A stretch of DNA of 64,000 nt from Candidatus Saccharimonadales bacterium (GTDB lineage Bacteria; Patescibacteriota; Saccharimonadia; Saccharimonadales; JACDBH01): contig JBGSWE010000007.1 of assembly GCA_041752595.1 (NCBI GenBank), forward strand, positions 8,986 through 72,985, read 5' to 3'. Positions within the stretch are counted from its first letter, which is position 1, and each line of letters opens with the position of its first letter. Made by a program: the position numbers and the translations under genes. Positions 43,837 to 53,255 of the stretch are shown here, in pieces. The notes below the pieces were generated by a model. The model was given only the letters and a program-made list of their open reading frames with translations, had not been told where the DNA came from and did no database searches.

Positions 43837-44451
43837 CTAATTACCGTGTAATACTAAGTTTCGTTCGTGTGAGCCAACAATTAGTTTAGACATTGTGTAA
43901 GGGTCTGGAACAAAGCTAAAAGTATAGTTTTGTTGCTCGCCAGCTGTTTCTATAACTAGGGTTCCATAATTAAGAACATGAGCAAATATACCCTTTTGAG
44001 AAACAGTTACATCCTGAACATCGCCTATAGATAATTGAGATATTTTTCGATTAAAAAGGCTAACATATACTACTTGGGCAATTTTTTCGTTTGTTACATA
44101 AATAACGTTACTTCTGTACAAAAAAGCAGCGATTAAAGTCATAATTATCGCTCCAACTACCACAAAGAATGAGATTAGAATGATTATTGTTTTGTAGCTG
44201 TTGATACCAGAAATACCTAGCGTGTCATTTAAATTAACAGCCGAAACAACTGCGCTCATTATTGTTATAGATAAAATCACAAAAGCACCAGATGCAAAAA
44301 TTAGAAATAATCCAAAAGGGTGTTTTCTGATTTCTGTTACAAGTTTTTCATTCGAATCGAATTCTATAAATTTGAAGAACTTTCTTCCAATCAAAGACAG
44401 GTGGTCGTTTGCTTCTTTTCTGTTTTGGATATCTTCAGGTGATTCGTTCAT
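43837..44451 (-). CDS. bacterial PH-domain (YdbT/DUF304-like) membrane protein
   Basis: Two TM helices followed by a bPH-like region (VIYVTNEKIAQV...GTLVIETAGE). Confidence 0.6.
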   Translation of the reverse strand: MNESPEDIQNRKEANDHLSLIGRKFFKFIEFDSNEKLVTEIRKHPFGLFLIFASGAFVILSITIMSAVVSAVNLNDTLGISGINSYKTIIILISFFVVVGAIIMTLIAAFLYRSNVIYVTNEKIAQVVYVSLFNRKISQLSIGDVQDVTVSQKGIFAHVLNYGTLVIETAGEQQNYTFSFVPDPYTMSKLIVGSHERNLVLHGN

Positions 44452-44464
44452 TTGTACTTTTATT

Positions 44465-45499
44465 TTACACTAAACTTATCTGGTTATTATCTTTACTTAA
44501 TTTTTTATTAAGGTGTTTATAAGCTTTTGGCGTGGCCTTGCGACCCCTAGGCGTACGTTCTAGTAAACCAATTTGCATTAAATATGGCTCATAAAAATCT
44601 TCAATTGTTGTTGCTTCATCACCGGTTAGTGCAGCTAGTGTATTAAGCCCAACAGGATTTACTCCGTAATTATCTATCATCATATCAAGCAAATGCCTGT
44701 CTGCTGGATCTAACCCTAGCTCATCAATTTCTAACATATTTAATGCCTGATAGGTAATTTGAGCATCAATTATTCCGTCGCCGTTTACATCTGCATAATC
44801 ACGCACTCGCTTGAGTAAACGATTGGCAATACGTGGAGTTAAACGGGCTCTAGTCGATAACGTTTCTGCAGCATCGGCATTTATTTGAGAATCTAATATT
44901 CCTGCTGCTCTTATAATAATTTGGGCAATTTGTTCCGGAGAATAAAATTCAAGCCTATGCATCATGCCAAATCTATCTCTTAGTGGGGCAGCTAGAGCAC
45001 CAGTTCTAGTTGTTGCACCAATTAATGTGAATTTTGGAACATCTAGTCTTAAACTACGCGCACTCGGCCCTTTGCCAAGCATAATATCAATCTTAAAATC
45101 TTCCATTGCGCTATATAAAACCTCTTCTACACTGCGGTGAAGCCTGTGAATTTCGTCGATAAACAGTATATCGCCGTCCTGGAGGTTTGTTAGTAAACTT
45201 GCTAAATCCCCAGCTCTCTCGATAGCAGGCCCACTAGTTACCCTAATGCTCGCGCCCATTTCATTGGCGATTACGCTGGCCATGGTTGTTTTGCCAAGTC
45301 CTGGAGGGCCATAAAGCAAAATATGATCTAATGGTTCACTACGCTTCTGTGCAGCATCTATTCCAAGTTTAAGATTCAGTTTTAATCTGTCCTGCCCGAT
45401 ATAGCTTGCAAAATCTCTAGGCCGAAGCGTTACTTCCAGTTCAATTTCGTTCTGGTCATTATCATCATTTGTAGTATGAATTATGCGCTCAACAGCCAT
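44465..45499 (-). CDS. ruvB: Holliday junction helicase RuvB
   Basis: Walker [18 protein letters not shown], sensor and winged-helix regions. Confidence 0.97.
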   Translation of the reverse strand: MAVERIIHTTNDDNDQNEIELEVTLRPRDFASYIGQDRLKLNLKLGIDAAQKRSEPLDHILLYGPPGLGKTTMASVIANEMGASIRVTSGPAIERAGDLASLLTNLQDGDILFIDEIHRLHRSVEEVLYSAMEDFKIDIMLGKGPSARSLRLDVPKFTLIGATTRTGALAAPLRDRFGMMHRLEFYSPEQIAQIIIRAAGILDSQINADAAETLSTRARLTPRIANRLLKRVRDYADVNGDGIIDAQITYQALNMLEIDELGLDPADRHLLDMMIDNYGVNPVGLNTLAALTGDEATTIEDFYEPYLMQIGLLERTPRGRKATPKAYKHLNKKLSKDNNQISLV

Positions 45500-46081
45500 T
45501 TATCTTGCCCCTTTCAATGCTCGGCGAATTCTGTCTTCGATCGGCAAGTCTTTGTCTATACCGTTCAGGGCTACGCTTGCGTCTTGTGGGCTATATCCTA
45601 GAGCCACAAGAGCCTCAACGGCTTCATCTTGAGTATTTATTCCTGGCCTGTTAACTATGTCTTCAGCAGCCCCAGAAGCGGTTGCACCAACTTTGTCCCT
45701 TAGCTCTACCACTATTTGCTCGGCAGCTCTTTTACCTACTCCTTTGGCGCTTTGCAATTGAGCTACGTCACCGTTTGCAATTGCCGTACGAACAATACTT
45801 GCGTTTCCAATATCTAAAACTGCAAGGGCCACTTTGGGGCCAACGTTTTTTACGCCTAATAATTGCTCAAACAAGTGCTTGGTATCTATTGATACGAATC
45901 CAAACAAATCATGACTTTGTTCACGGATATGCTCATACACATATAGCTTTGCAGATTCATTAACTTGGAGCCTACTAAAGTCTTCAGTGCTAACACTTAG
46001 TCCATAGCCAACCCCATTAACATCAATAACTACGCCACTGGGGGTCTTTTCACTTATTAAACCAGAAAGTGTTGAAATCAT
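45500..46081 (-). CDS. ruvA: Holliday junction DNA-binding protein RuvA
   Basis: MISTLSGLISEK... OB fold and HhH motifs (GVKNVGPKVALAVL; KGVGKRAAEQIV). ATG at 46081 preferred over the track start at 46141, which overlaps ruvC. Confidence 0.9.
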   Translation of the reverse strand: MISTLSGLISEKTPSGVVIDVNGVGYGLSVSTEDFSRLQVNESAKLYVYEHIREQSHDLFGFVSIDTKHLFEQLLGVKNVGPKVALAVLDIGNASIVRTAIANGDVAQLQSAKGVGKRAAEQIVVELRDKVGATASGAAEDIVNRPGINTQDEAVEALVALGYSPQDASVALNGIDKDLPIEDRIRRALKGAR

Positions 46082-46089
46082 TAATTCTA

Positions 46090-46560
46090 TTATCTCATAG
46101 TCATGCTGTGGGTAATAGCCGCAGCAATGGCATCGGCGCAATCATCAGGTTTCGGCACTTCTTTTAGTCCAAGTATAACTCTTACCATTTCCTGGATTTG
46201 TTTCTTTTCTGCTCGGCCATAACCTGTTAACGCCTGTTTAATTTGTAGCGGGGTGTATTCAGCAATCTTAAGCCCTGCCTGCATTCCGGTAAGCAAAACA
46301 ACTCCCCTAGCCTGAGCAACCGTAATTGCAGTTGTTACATTTTGGGCAAAAAATAGCTTTTCTACTGCCATTTCATTTGGTTTAGTATCTGCAATTATGT
46401 CGGTTAGTTCTTCGTAAATAGTAAGTAATCTAACCGCATCATCTTCTTTGACAGGTGTCCTTATAACTCCACCATCAACCAGTTTAGGCTTGCCTTTTGT
46501 AACTTCAATAATTCCAAAACCTAATATACCTGTACCAGGGTCAATTCCAATTATTCGCAT
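46090..46560 (-). CDS. ruvC: crossover junction endodeoxyribonuclease RuvC
   Basis: MRIIGIDPG start, catalytic acidic residues, C-terminal DAADAIA-like block (DCADAIAAA). Confidence 0.93.
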   Translation of the reverse strand: MRIIGIDPGTGILGFGIIEVTKGKPKLVDGGVIRTPVKEDDAVRLLTIYEELTDIIADTKPNEMAVEKLFFAQNVTTAITVAQARGVVLLTGMQAGLKIAEYTPLQIKQALTGYGRAEKKQIQEMVRVILGLKEVPKPDDCADAIAAAITHSMTMR

Positions 46561-46561
46561 A

Positions 46562-47272
46562 TTAGGCTATATCGAAATTAGTGTAGGTATTAGTCACATC
46601 ATCAAGTTCGTCAAGAACGTCCATCAACCGCTCTATCTTACCTTGAGTTGCTTCGTCTGAAACTTCGATAGTGGTGTTTGGCTCGTAAGATAGCTCGGCT
46701 TGAATTAGTTCTATATTTGAAGCTTTTAGATTATCACGAACTTTGGCTAACTCTTTAGGATCTGTAAAAACTATCATTTCGTCGCCTTGCTCATTTGCAT
46801 CTTCTGCCCCGGCGTCAAGCACCGCAAGGAGTGTTTCTTCTCCACTCCCCTTTATTCTGATCACGCCTTTGCGAGTAAACTGGAATGCAACTGCGCCTTT
46901 TTCGGCAATGCTACCACCATGTTTAGTAAATGCATGCCTGACTTCTGGATATGTTCTGTTTAAATTATCAGTTGCACACTCTACCAAAATCGCTACACCG
47001 CCAGGCCCATAGCCTTCGTACATAACTTCTTGCAATTGCGCGGCATTTTTATCGGCAACGCGAGCGATAGCACGATCAATATTGGTACTAGGCATATTTG
47101 CGGCTTTAGCTTTCTCGATCGCCATAGCTAGTGCAGAATTCATACTTGGATCAGTGCCACTGCGGGCAGCAATTGCAATTTGGTTTCCAATTTGAGTAAA
47201 GACTGCGCCACGCTTGGCATCAGTAATGCCTTTTTGCCTTTTGATAGTTGACCATTTAGAGTGTCCCGACAT
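46562..47272 (-). CDS. yebC: YebC/PmpR-family transcriptional regulator
   Basis: MSGHSKWSTIKRQKG start. 236 aa. Upstream of ruvCAB, as in many bacteria. Confidence 0.92.
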   Translation of the reverse strand: MSGHSKWSTIKRQKGITDAKRGAVFTQIGNQIAIAARSGTDPSMNSALAMAIEKAKAANMPSTNIDRAIARVADKNAAQLQEVMYEGYGPGGVAILVECATDNLNRTYPEVRHAFTKHGGSIAEKGAVAFQFTRKGVIRIKGSGEETLLAVLDAGAEDANEQGDEMIVFTDPKELAKVRDNLKASNIELIQAELSYEPNTTIEVSDEATQGKIERLMDVLDELDDVTNTYTNFDIA

Positions 47273-47640
47273 ACTTGCCTCAATATATTGGATTAGATTC
47301 TTTTATATCTGTTATACTACTATATTTTTCAGATTTTTGCCACCAAATAAAGGTGATTGCCTTATAGCTGCGTACTTTGATTTTAAAGTCTAGGCACCAA
47401 TAGAAATATTAAAGTTCTCATATAGATTGAATACTATAGGATTTCTAAAACTAAGGATGGCCAACAATACTAGGATTATTGGCCATCGTCCTCTAATGTC
47501 GTACGCCTCTCCATTCAATAAACTATATGCCCATACTAGTCAATTGCAAGCAGTAGCATTTAGAGCATTGACTTTTAATCAATAATAACAGATAATAACC
47601 CCTGTTGTTTTGTTAAACATACAAAAAACAAATCAAATAA

Positions 47641-47717
47641 GGGTCCATAGCTCAGCCGGTTAGAGCACCTGCCTTTTAAGCAGGGTGTCGTGGGTTCGAG
47701 TCCCACTGGACCCTCCA
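47641..47717 (+). tRNA. tRNA-Lys (anticodon TTT), CCA encoded
   Basis: Acceptor GGGTCCA/TGGACCC, anticodon loop CTTTTAA, T arm GTGGG-TTCGAGT-CCCAC. Confidence 0.95.
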
Positions 47718-47724
47718 ATGAAAT

Positions 47725-47752
47725 AGTCCCAGTCGCAAGATTGGGGCTTTTT
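47725..47752 (+). terminator. terminator after tRNA-Lys(TTT)
   Basis: AGTCCCA pairs with TGGGGCT (7 bp, one G-U), followed by T5. Confidence 0.6.
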
Positions 47753-47832
47753 CATTGCTATCTTTTTGCTCTATTCTAAGACTGGCCAAAAGAGTGTCGT
47801 GGGTTAAAATTACCTAATCAAAATTATGTTTT

Positions 47833-48954
47833 TTACTGATTTTTTAATGTTTCACGAATACTAAAAAAGGCTGGCTTAGGAGTGTAGTCACTTCTAAATA
47901 GTAATGGGTCTGCATCATCTAAGCCTATCCCGTTATACCAACTCTGTCGATCAATAAGCCCGAGAAAACCAAAGTTAGGACATATCTCTGGACCTACCTG
48001 TAAACATGCTTCTAGCATATCACTATAGATTTCTGCCTGACGAGAATCCTTTTGATCGTTACTTCCCTCAAAGTCATGCATGTTTACGTCAAACTCAGTT
48101 ATGTATATTTTTAATCCTAGGTCGGCAAATCTTCGCATATTTGAAACCACCTTTTCTGTACTAGGAGGATTTGAGCTACTAATATGCATTTGCATACCAA
48201 GTGCATCGATTGGTATGCCGCGGGTTTTAGCATCTTTAATATAGTCATACATTAAGTTTGATATATCGCCTTCTGTTTCATTGCCAAAATCATTTAGAAT
48301 TAGCACGGCGCTTGGATCAGCTTGCTTTGCCCAAACAAAAGCATTATCTATATATTCCCTACCCAGCTGCTTGCCCCACCAATCTTTATTACCACCGGTT
48401 TCTAGTTCACGACTAAAGGCTTCATTTACAACTGTATACTCGCGGACTTTACCTTTATAACGCGCGCCGACTGTTTGGATATGGTTATTAATAATATCTA
48501 AAAGTTCGGTGCGACTAAAATTACCCTGCGTAAGCCAATCTGGCAGCCACTTATCATCCCCCCAAAGCATGTGTTGTACGCGAACAGGCATATCATTTTG
48601 ATCGGCAAAATCAAAAACCTGGTCAAGATCTGTAAAATCAAAAGTATCCTTAGTCGGACGAAGTGCAATATCTTCAAATCTCCAGTTAGGTTCACCATCA
48701 ATGATTGCGTAATCAAATTCTGACGCTAAAATGTCCGTATAAGCACGTTCCCTTAAGTATTTAAGTGATGCAAAAGATCCAACCTGAATACCCCTTCTCT
48801 CGGCAAGTTCCTTGAGTGGTGGGTTGGGTAATTGTGGTGCGGCTTGAGTAGTAAATGGATCAGGATCTCTTAGTGTTATATCGGCTATAGCTACACCAAT
48901 TATTATAATTGGAATAATTGCGGCAATAATATATACATATTTAGGCATAGTCAT
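47833..48954 (-). CDS. membrane-anchored glycoside hydrolase family 10 (xylanase-like)
   Basis: N-terminal TM anchor. GH10 acid/base block TVVNEAF and nucleophile block YITEFDV. Confidence 0.8.
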   Translation of the reverse strand: MTMPKYVYIIAAIIPIIIIGVAIADITLRDPDPFTTQAAPQLPNPPLKELAERRGIQVGSFASLKYLRERAYTDILASEFDYAIIDGEPNWRFEDIALRPTKDTFDFTDLDQVFDFADQNDMPVRVQHMLWGDDKWLPDWLTQGNFSRTELLDIINNHIQTVGARYKGKVREYTVVNEAFSRELETGGNKDWWGKQLGREYIDNAFVWAKQADPSAVLILNDFGNETEGDISNLMYDYIKDAKTRGIPIDALGMQMHISSSNPPSTEKVVSNMRRFADLGLKIYITEFDVNMHDFEGSNDQKDSRQAEIYSDMLEACLQVGPEICPNFGFLGLIDRQSWYNGIGLDDADPLLFRSDYTPKPAFFSIRETLKNQ

Positions 48955-49019
48955 ATACTTAGTGTAGTCTTTTAATTAAATATATACTAGATAACAGTTT
49001 TTTAAATTTTTCAAAAAAG

Positions 49020-49604
49020 TTAAAATATTATGTTTGTGTTCGGTAAATCAGCTTTTAATTTGTTAATTTTATCTTGGCTTAGTGGGTTACCAGTTAGATT
49101 AAATTCTTTTAGATTATTCCTTAGATTAGCAAGTTCGTTGGGTAAGCCATCTATATTGTTGTAGCTGTAATTTAAAATTTCCAGATTACTTAGTTGGCCT
49201 ATTTCAGCTGGCATTCCAGTCATATTGTTATAACTAACATCCAGCTGTTTAAGTTTAGACATCTGACGAACTTCACCAATTAGACTACCCTCTAAAATAT
49301 TGTGGTCAATTTTAAAAATTACCAAATTTGTCATTTTACCCATTTCGGATGGAAGAGTTTTAATGCTATTAAATGAAAGGATTAGATCGGTGGTGCCAGT
49401 TTTGCCATATATATCAGAGGTTACTTTTGTTAAGCCCTGATTACTAAGATCTAATACTTTGCCGCCAGATGGCGGATTATTATTTGGGGCCGTAGAAGAG
49501 TCGGTGGGATTATCAGATGTTTCACTGTTCTTTCCGATATTTATACCCAAAAATATGCCACCAGCAACCAATACTACGACTAATATTCCTAATAAATATT
49601 TCAT
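49020..49604 (-). CDS. membrane-anchored leucine-rich-repeat (LRR) protein
   Basis: Signal anchor MKYLLGILVVVLVAGGIF, a Pro/Ser/Asn linker, then about 6 LRRs (LxLSxNxIxxLPxEIGxLxNL). ATG at 49604 preferred over the track start at 49655. Confidence 0.8.
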   Translation of the reverse strand: MKYLLGILVVVLVAGGIFLGINIGKNSETSDNPTDSSTAPNNNPPSGGKVLDLSNQGLTKVTSDIYGKTGTTDLILSFNSIKTLPSEMGKMTNLVIFKIDHNILEGSLIGEVRQMSKLKQLDVSYNNMTGMPAEIGQLSNLEILNYSYNNIDGLPNELANLRNNLKEFNLTGNPLSQDKINKLKADLPNTNIIF

Positions 49605-49736
49605 ACTCCCATTATAACACTGTTGTTTGCTAAGGTGTTTTACTGCGGTAAGCATAAATACTATTTATAAATAGTGACTAATTTACAATAATAGTGTATA
49701 ATATAAGAACCTATAAAATATACAGGCTAATGCTCT

Positions 49737-50732
49737 ATGTATGAGCTAATAGATACACACGCAACAAAACTACGGTTTATATTTGGAAGCATCATTATAA
49801 TTGCTGGGCTTATCTTGCTATCCTTTATTATCTCGTCTGCCGGTGATAAAAATGAAATCTTTTTGTTAAATAATCCAGGTTCCAGCTCTAGTTCAGAAAA
49901 CTTATCGGTTGATGGATACGGTGGCGCTAACGCAGTAACAAATAGTATGTCTAAAATGGTAAGCGCCACAATAACTACCGCCAATGTAGTCGAAGGGACT
50001 GTTAGTGGCACCATGGGATCTATAGCTTCATTTTCAACTAGTTTTGGTAAAGCCGTGGGTGTAGCAAGCTATCGGACAGTCAAATCAACCGCTAATGTTT
50101 CATTTAATATTATTTCAACTATTGCTACTACCGCATTTACCAGTGTAGTTTTTGTTGTACAGGCACCAATTAAAGTGGTTGCCCTTGCTTCGGACTCACT
50201 CAACTCTAGCGACATAACAAAAACCTCAACTGTTGCTTCTGTACCCGTTATTGATACTCAATTAGAGGAACTTTATGCAAACAATACGATTATTAATATA
50301 GATGAAATACTTAGCCTAACAGAAAATCAATCAGCAATTGCGACCTCTTGGCCCATAAATGGACGTGTTACAACAGAATTCGGCGTACCTCACAGGCCAT
50401 ACCAAGTAACCCACACCGGTTTAGATATAAGTAGCGGCAATAGATCTGGCGTAACATCTGTAATGCCATTCAGATTAGGGACAGTGATAAACGTAGTTAA
50501 ATCTAGGCAAGGGCTAGGAAATTATGTGGTTGTTGACCACGGCGAGGGATTAACATCTGTATACGCTCATTTGTATAGTGTTTCTGTACAGGTTGGGCAA
50601 TTAGTAGACGAGGCTAGTGAGCTAGGAAAAGAAGGATCAACCGGCGTATCCACGGGGACTCATTTACACTTTGAGGTTAGACTTAACGGTCAGCCAACCG
50701 ATCCTCAAGCTTATATTAGCGGCAGACCATAG
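49737..50732 (+). CDS. M23/LytM-family peptidoglycan endopeptidase, membrane-anchored
   Basis: TM anchor, Ser/Thr/Ala/Val-rich spacer, HTGLDI and GSTGVSTGTHLHFEV metal motifs. Confidence 0.88.
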   Translation: MYELIDTHATKLRFIFGSIIIIAGLILLSFIISSAGDKNEIFLLNNPGSSSSSENLSVDGYGGANAVTNSMSKMVSATITTANVVEGTVSGTMGSIASFSTSFGKAVGVASYRTVKSTANVSFNIISTIATTAFTSVVFVVQAPIKVVALASDSLNSSDITKTSTVASVPVIDTQLEELYANNTIINIDEILSLTENQSAIATSWPINGRVTTEFGVPHRPYQVTHTGLDISSGNRSGVTSVMPFRLGTVINVVKSRQGLGNYVVVDHGEGLTSVYAHLYSVSVQVGQLVDEASELGKEGSTGVSTGTHLHFEVRLNGQPTDPQAYISGRP

Positions 50733-50771
50733 GCAAACGGGCACTCTTTTTATTAATATTCAGAAAAATTA

Positions 50772-51281
50772 TTAATGCCTGCCTTTTTTGTGTTTTGGTT
50801 CGGGCCTTTTAACCGTCAAGAAAATCATAAAAAGACTTGATACAAGCCCAATTACAATAATTGCTTCTTGGTATTGAGTCAGTAAACTCCACGTTTCAGT
50901 GTTCTTAAGTGTGTTTTGTGTACCAATTGAAAGCTCAGGCACAATATATATTGCAGCCAATAAGGCTGAAGCCACGGCTGGAATCATAGCTGGCAAAAGT
51001 TGAGTTGTTTTTAAATGAAAACGTAACATTACTGCACAAACTAAAAATGGAGTAATTAGCAACAAAATTCGTGAAATATTGGTGGAGGTGTCGATGCCAC
51101 TAGTTAATGAATTTGCAACTAAGCTTAGATTATCACCAGACGCAACAAGCAACACACTGCCAGCACACAAGGCCAAAAAACATATGGCTGTGTTGGTACG
51201 AAGCAACAGCATGAACGTGACGACTATGGCCATGCTGGCAAGCAGAATATATTCAATCATAAGCAGCATTATAGCAACCAA
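50772..51281 (-). CDS. polytopic membrane protein
   Basis: 169 aa, about 5 hydrophobic helices, basic C-terminus. No family recognised. Confidence 0.5.
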   Translation of the reverse strand: MVAIMLLMIEYILLASMAIVVTFMLLLRTNTAICFLALCAGSVLLVASGDNLSLVANSLTSGIDTSTNISRILLLITPFLVCAVMLRFHLKTTQLLPAMIPAVASALLAAIYIVPELSIGTQNTLKNTETWSLLTQYQEAIIVIGLVSSLFMIFLTVKRPEPKHKKGRH

Positions 51282-51316
51282 ATTAATAGACTAATACTGA
51301 TAAGGATATTTATACT

Positions 51317-51844
51317 TTAGAATTCAAATTGTTTGCCAGCAGACCAGCCTAATTTATTTGCCAATCCAGCAGCAACCTCTACGATGTACTTAGCTTGACC
51401 ATCTGGGCAATATGATTCGGCAGGATAGTTTTCGGGTATTGCATTGTCTTTAATAGTTATGACTTTTCTGCCTTCGTCCAACCACACCATATCTATTGGG
51501 AAATTCATATCCCTCATTACAAAACAGTAATTACCTGGGCTGTCGTAGTCAAATAACATTGCCCTATCTTCGTCTATACAAGTTCGACCAGAAAGCCCTT
51601 TATATTTTTCGGACTGACTTGCAGCAACTTCCGCTGTTAGGGTAACTTTATCAATTACTAATTCTTTTGTCTCAAGTGTTGGATTTGTTTCACAAATGCT
51701 AACAGTTTCATTGCCGTTACGGTTTTGCAACGAATAGTAGACTCCGAATAAGCTCATGACAACAAAAAAGATTACAAAATATATAATGTAAAATTTTGTA
51801 AACTTAAGCTCCGACGCGGTCTTTGCGCTGTCGGCCTTTGGCAT
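51317..51844 (-). CDS. DUF192-like protein with N-terminal TM anchor
   Basis: MLFDYD...FVMRDMNFPIDMVWLDE pattern of DUF192. ATG at 51844 lies 41 nt inside the rimK 3' end (track start 51901). Confidence 0.6.
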   Translation of the reverse strand: MPKADSAKTASELKFTKFYIIYFVIFFVVMSLFGVYYSLQNRNGNETVSICETNPTLETKELVIDKVTLTAEVAASQSEKYKGLSGRTCIDEDRAMLFDYDSPGNYCFVMRDMNFPIDMVWLDEGRKVITIKDNAIPENYPAESYCPDGQAKYIVEVAAGLANKLGWSAGKQFEF

Positions 51845-52715
51845 TTTGTTCGACGTGTTCGATGATTTTTTCTGCAACATTACGGCCAGTAACTTTCTCA
51901 ATCCCGAAGCCTGGGCTAGAGTTTACTTCTAGAACCAAGGGCCCACGATCTGAACGCATTATATCAACACCGCAGATAGATAGCCCCATAGCTTTGGCAG
52001 CTTTTTGCACAGTTTTCTTTTCTTCATCACTAAGTTTAACCATTACACCTTCGCCGCCTTGATGTAGATTAGATCTAAAATCATCGTCTAAGGATTGTCG
52101 TTTCATACTGGCAACTACTTTGCCGCCAACCACAAAAGCACGAATATCCGTACCGGCAGATTCTTTAACAAATTCTTGCAGCAAAATGTTAGTTCCGTCG
52201 TCATCCATTACATAAAAGGCTTGCATAACAGATTTAGCAGCTTTTTTGGTTTCGGCCAAAACAACACCGTTTCCATGTGTTCCACGAGCCAGCTTGATAA
52301 TAACTGGGTATCCACCCATGTCATCAATCAAATCTTCGATATCATTAATAGAACGAGTAAAGACGGTTTTAGGTATTCCCACGCCTGCACGGGCTAGAAG
52401 TTGAATCGAGCGAAGCTTATCTCTTGACCGGGATATAGCAATCGAGCTAGTAGTTGTATAAACTCCCTGCATTTCAAACTGTCTAACAATTGCTGATCCG
52501 TAACGCGTCATGTTTGTAGCAATACGAGGGATGATTGCATCATAACCAGTTAAGGTTTTGCCTTTATATATTACAACCGGATTGCTCTGCTCTATAGCTG
52601 CATGGCAGTTTTTGTATTTAATAATATCAACTTCGTGACCGCGCTTAATCGCTTCTTCTTTAAGTCGAAGAGTAGAGTAGTTCACATTACCATTGGATAG
52701 AATTGCTATTCTCAT
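51804..52715 (-). CDS. rimK: ribosomal protein S6--L-glutamate ligase RimK (ATP-grasp)
   Basis: Colinear by eye with E. coli RimK. Matching blocks: MRIAILS, IIPRI, RQFEMQG, DKLRSIQLLARAG, VVLAE, DIRAFVVG, DFRSNLHQGG, VLEVNSSPG. Confidence 0.9.
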   Translation of the reverse strand: MRIAILSNGNVNYSTLRLKEEAIKRGHEVDIIKYKNCHAAIEQSNPVVIYKGKTLTGYDAIIPRIATNMTRYGSAIVRQFEMQGVYTTTSSIAISRSRDKLRSIQLLARAGVGIPKTVFTRSINDIEDLIDDMGGYPVIIKLARGTHGNGVVLAETKKAAKSVMQAFYVMDDDGTNILLQEFVKESAGTDIRAFVVGGKVVASMKRQSLDDDFRSNLHQGGEGVMVKLSDEEKKTVQKAAKAMGLSICGVDIMRSDRGPLVLEVNSSPGFGIEKVTGRNVAEKIIEHVEQNAKGRQRKDRVGA

Positions 52716-53182
52716 TACTTAATACCTTTCTGTAGTTTGCGTGAGCGCTCATTCTCCGACTTTAATAGCGGCTCGCCCTTCTTCACATCAACAATAAATT
52801 TACCTCTTAAAACATTTCGACCGACTAGGATTGGATAAGTTTGGGTAGACCTGTCTGCCAACGTTAGTCTAGCACGAATGCGTTTACCACTAATCGTAAT
52901 TAAAGTTCGTACCTTATACCTAGCTTCAACTTGGCCATTTGAGCTTGCTACCATTCCATGCGAAAACTCATCAAAATAATATGGTTTACCAGTGTATTCT
53001 GGATGACCTTTAGCAAAAAATATCACTTCTAAACGTTCATTTATTACCTCTGCTTTAGATGCCCATATAGCAGAAGTCTGTGCGCCAGTATCAATACGTG
53101 CATGTACTGTACCTATACCTACTTCTGGTAAAGATACTCTTTCTACGCGGCCGATGATTTTTTTGGCGTCTGATTGGTCCAT
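52715..53182 (-). CDS. DUF785 / retropepsin-like RimK-associated putative protease
   Basis: IGRVERVSLPEVGIGTVHARIDTGAQTSAI block. Its stop shares nt 52715 with the rimK start. Confidence 0.75.
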   Translation of the reverse strand: MDQSDAKKIIGRVERVSLPEVGIGTVHARIDTGAQTSAIWASKAEVINERLEVIFFAKGHPEYTGKPYYFDEFSHGMVASSNGQVEARYKVRTLITISGKRIRARLTLADRSTQTYPILVGRNVLRGKFIVDVKKGEPLLKSENERSRKLQKGIK

Positions 53183-53255
53183 AACTCTATAATTATAGCA
53201 TATTTAGCCATTTTAATCAATACTATTTTTCTTATGCTTATGTTAGGGTAATGTT

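Noticed and set aside
47457-47585. 42-aa ORF (MANNTRIIGHRPL...) in the long spacer
   Set aside because: The AGG abuts the ATG with no spacing, the start lies within a hairpin arm, and the peptide has no features. Treated as non-coding.
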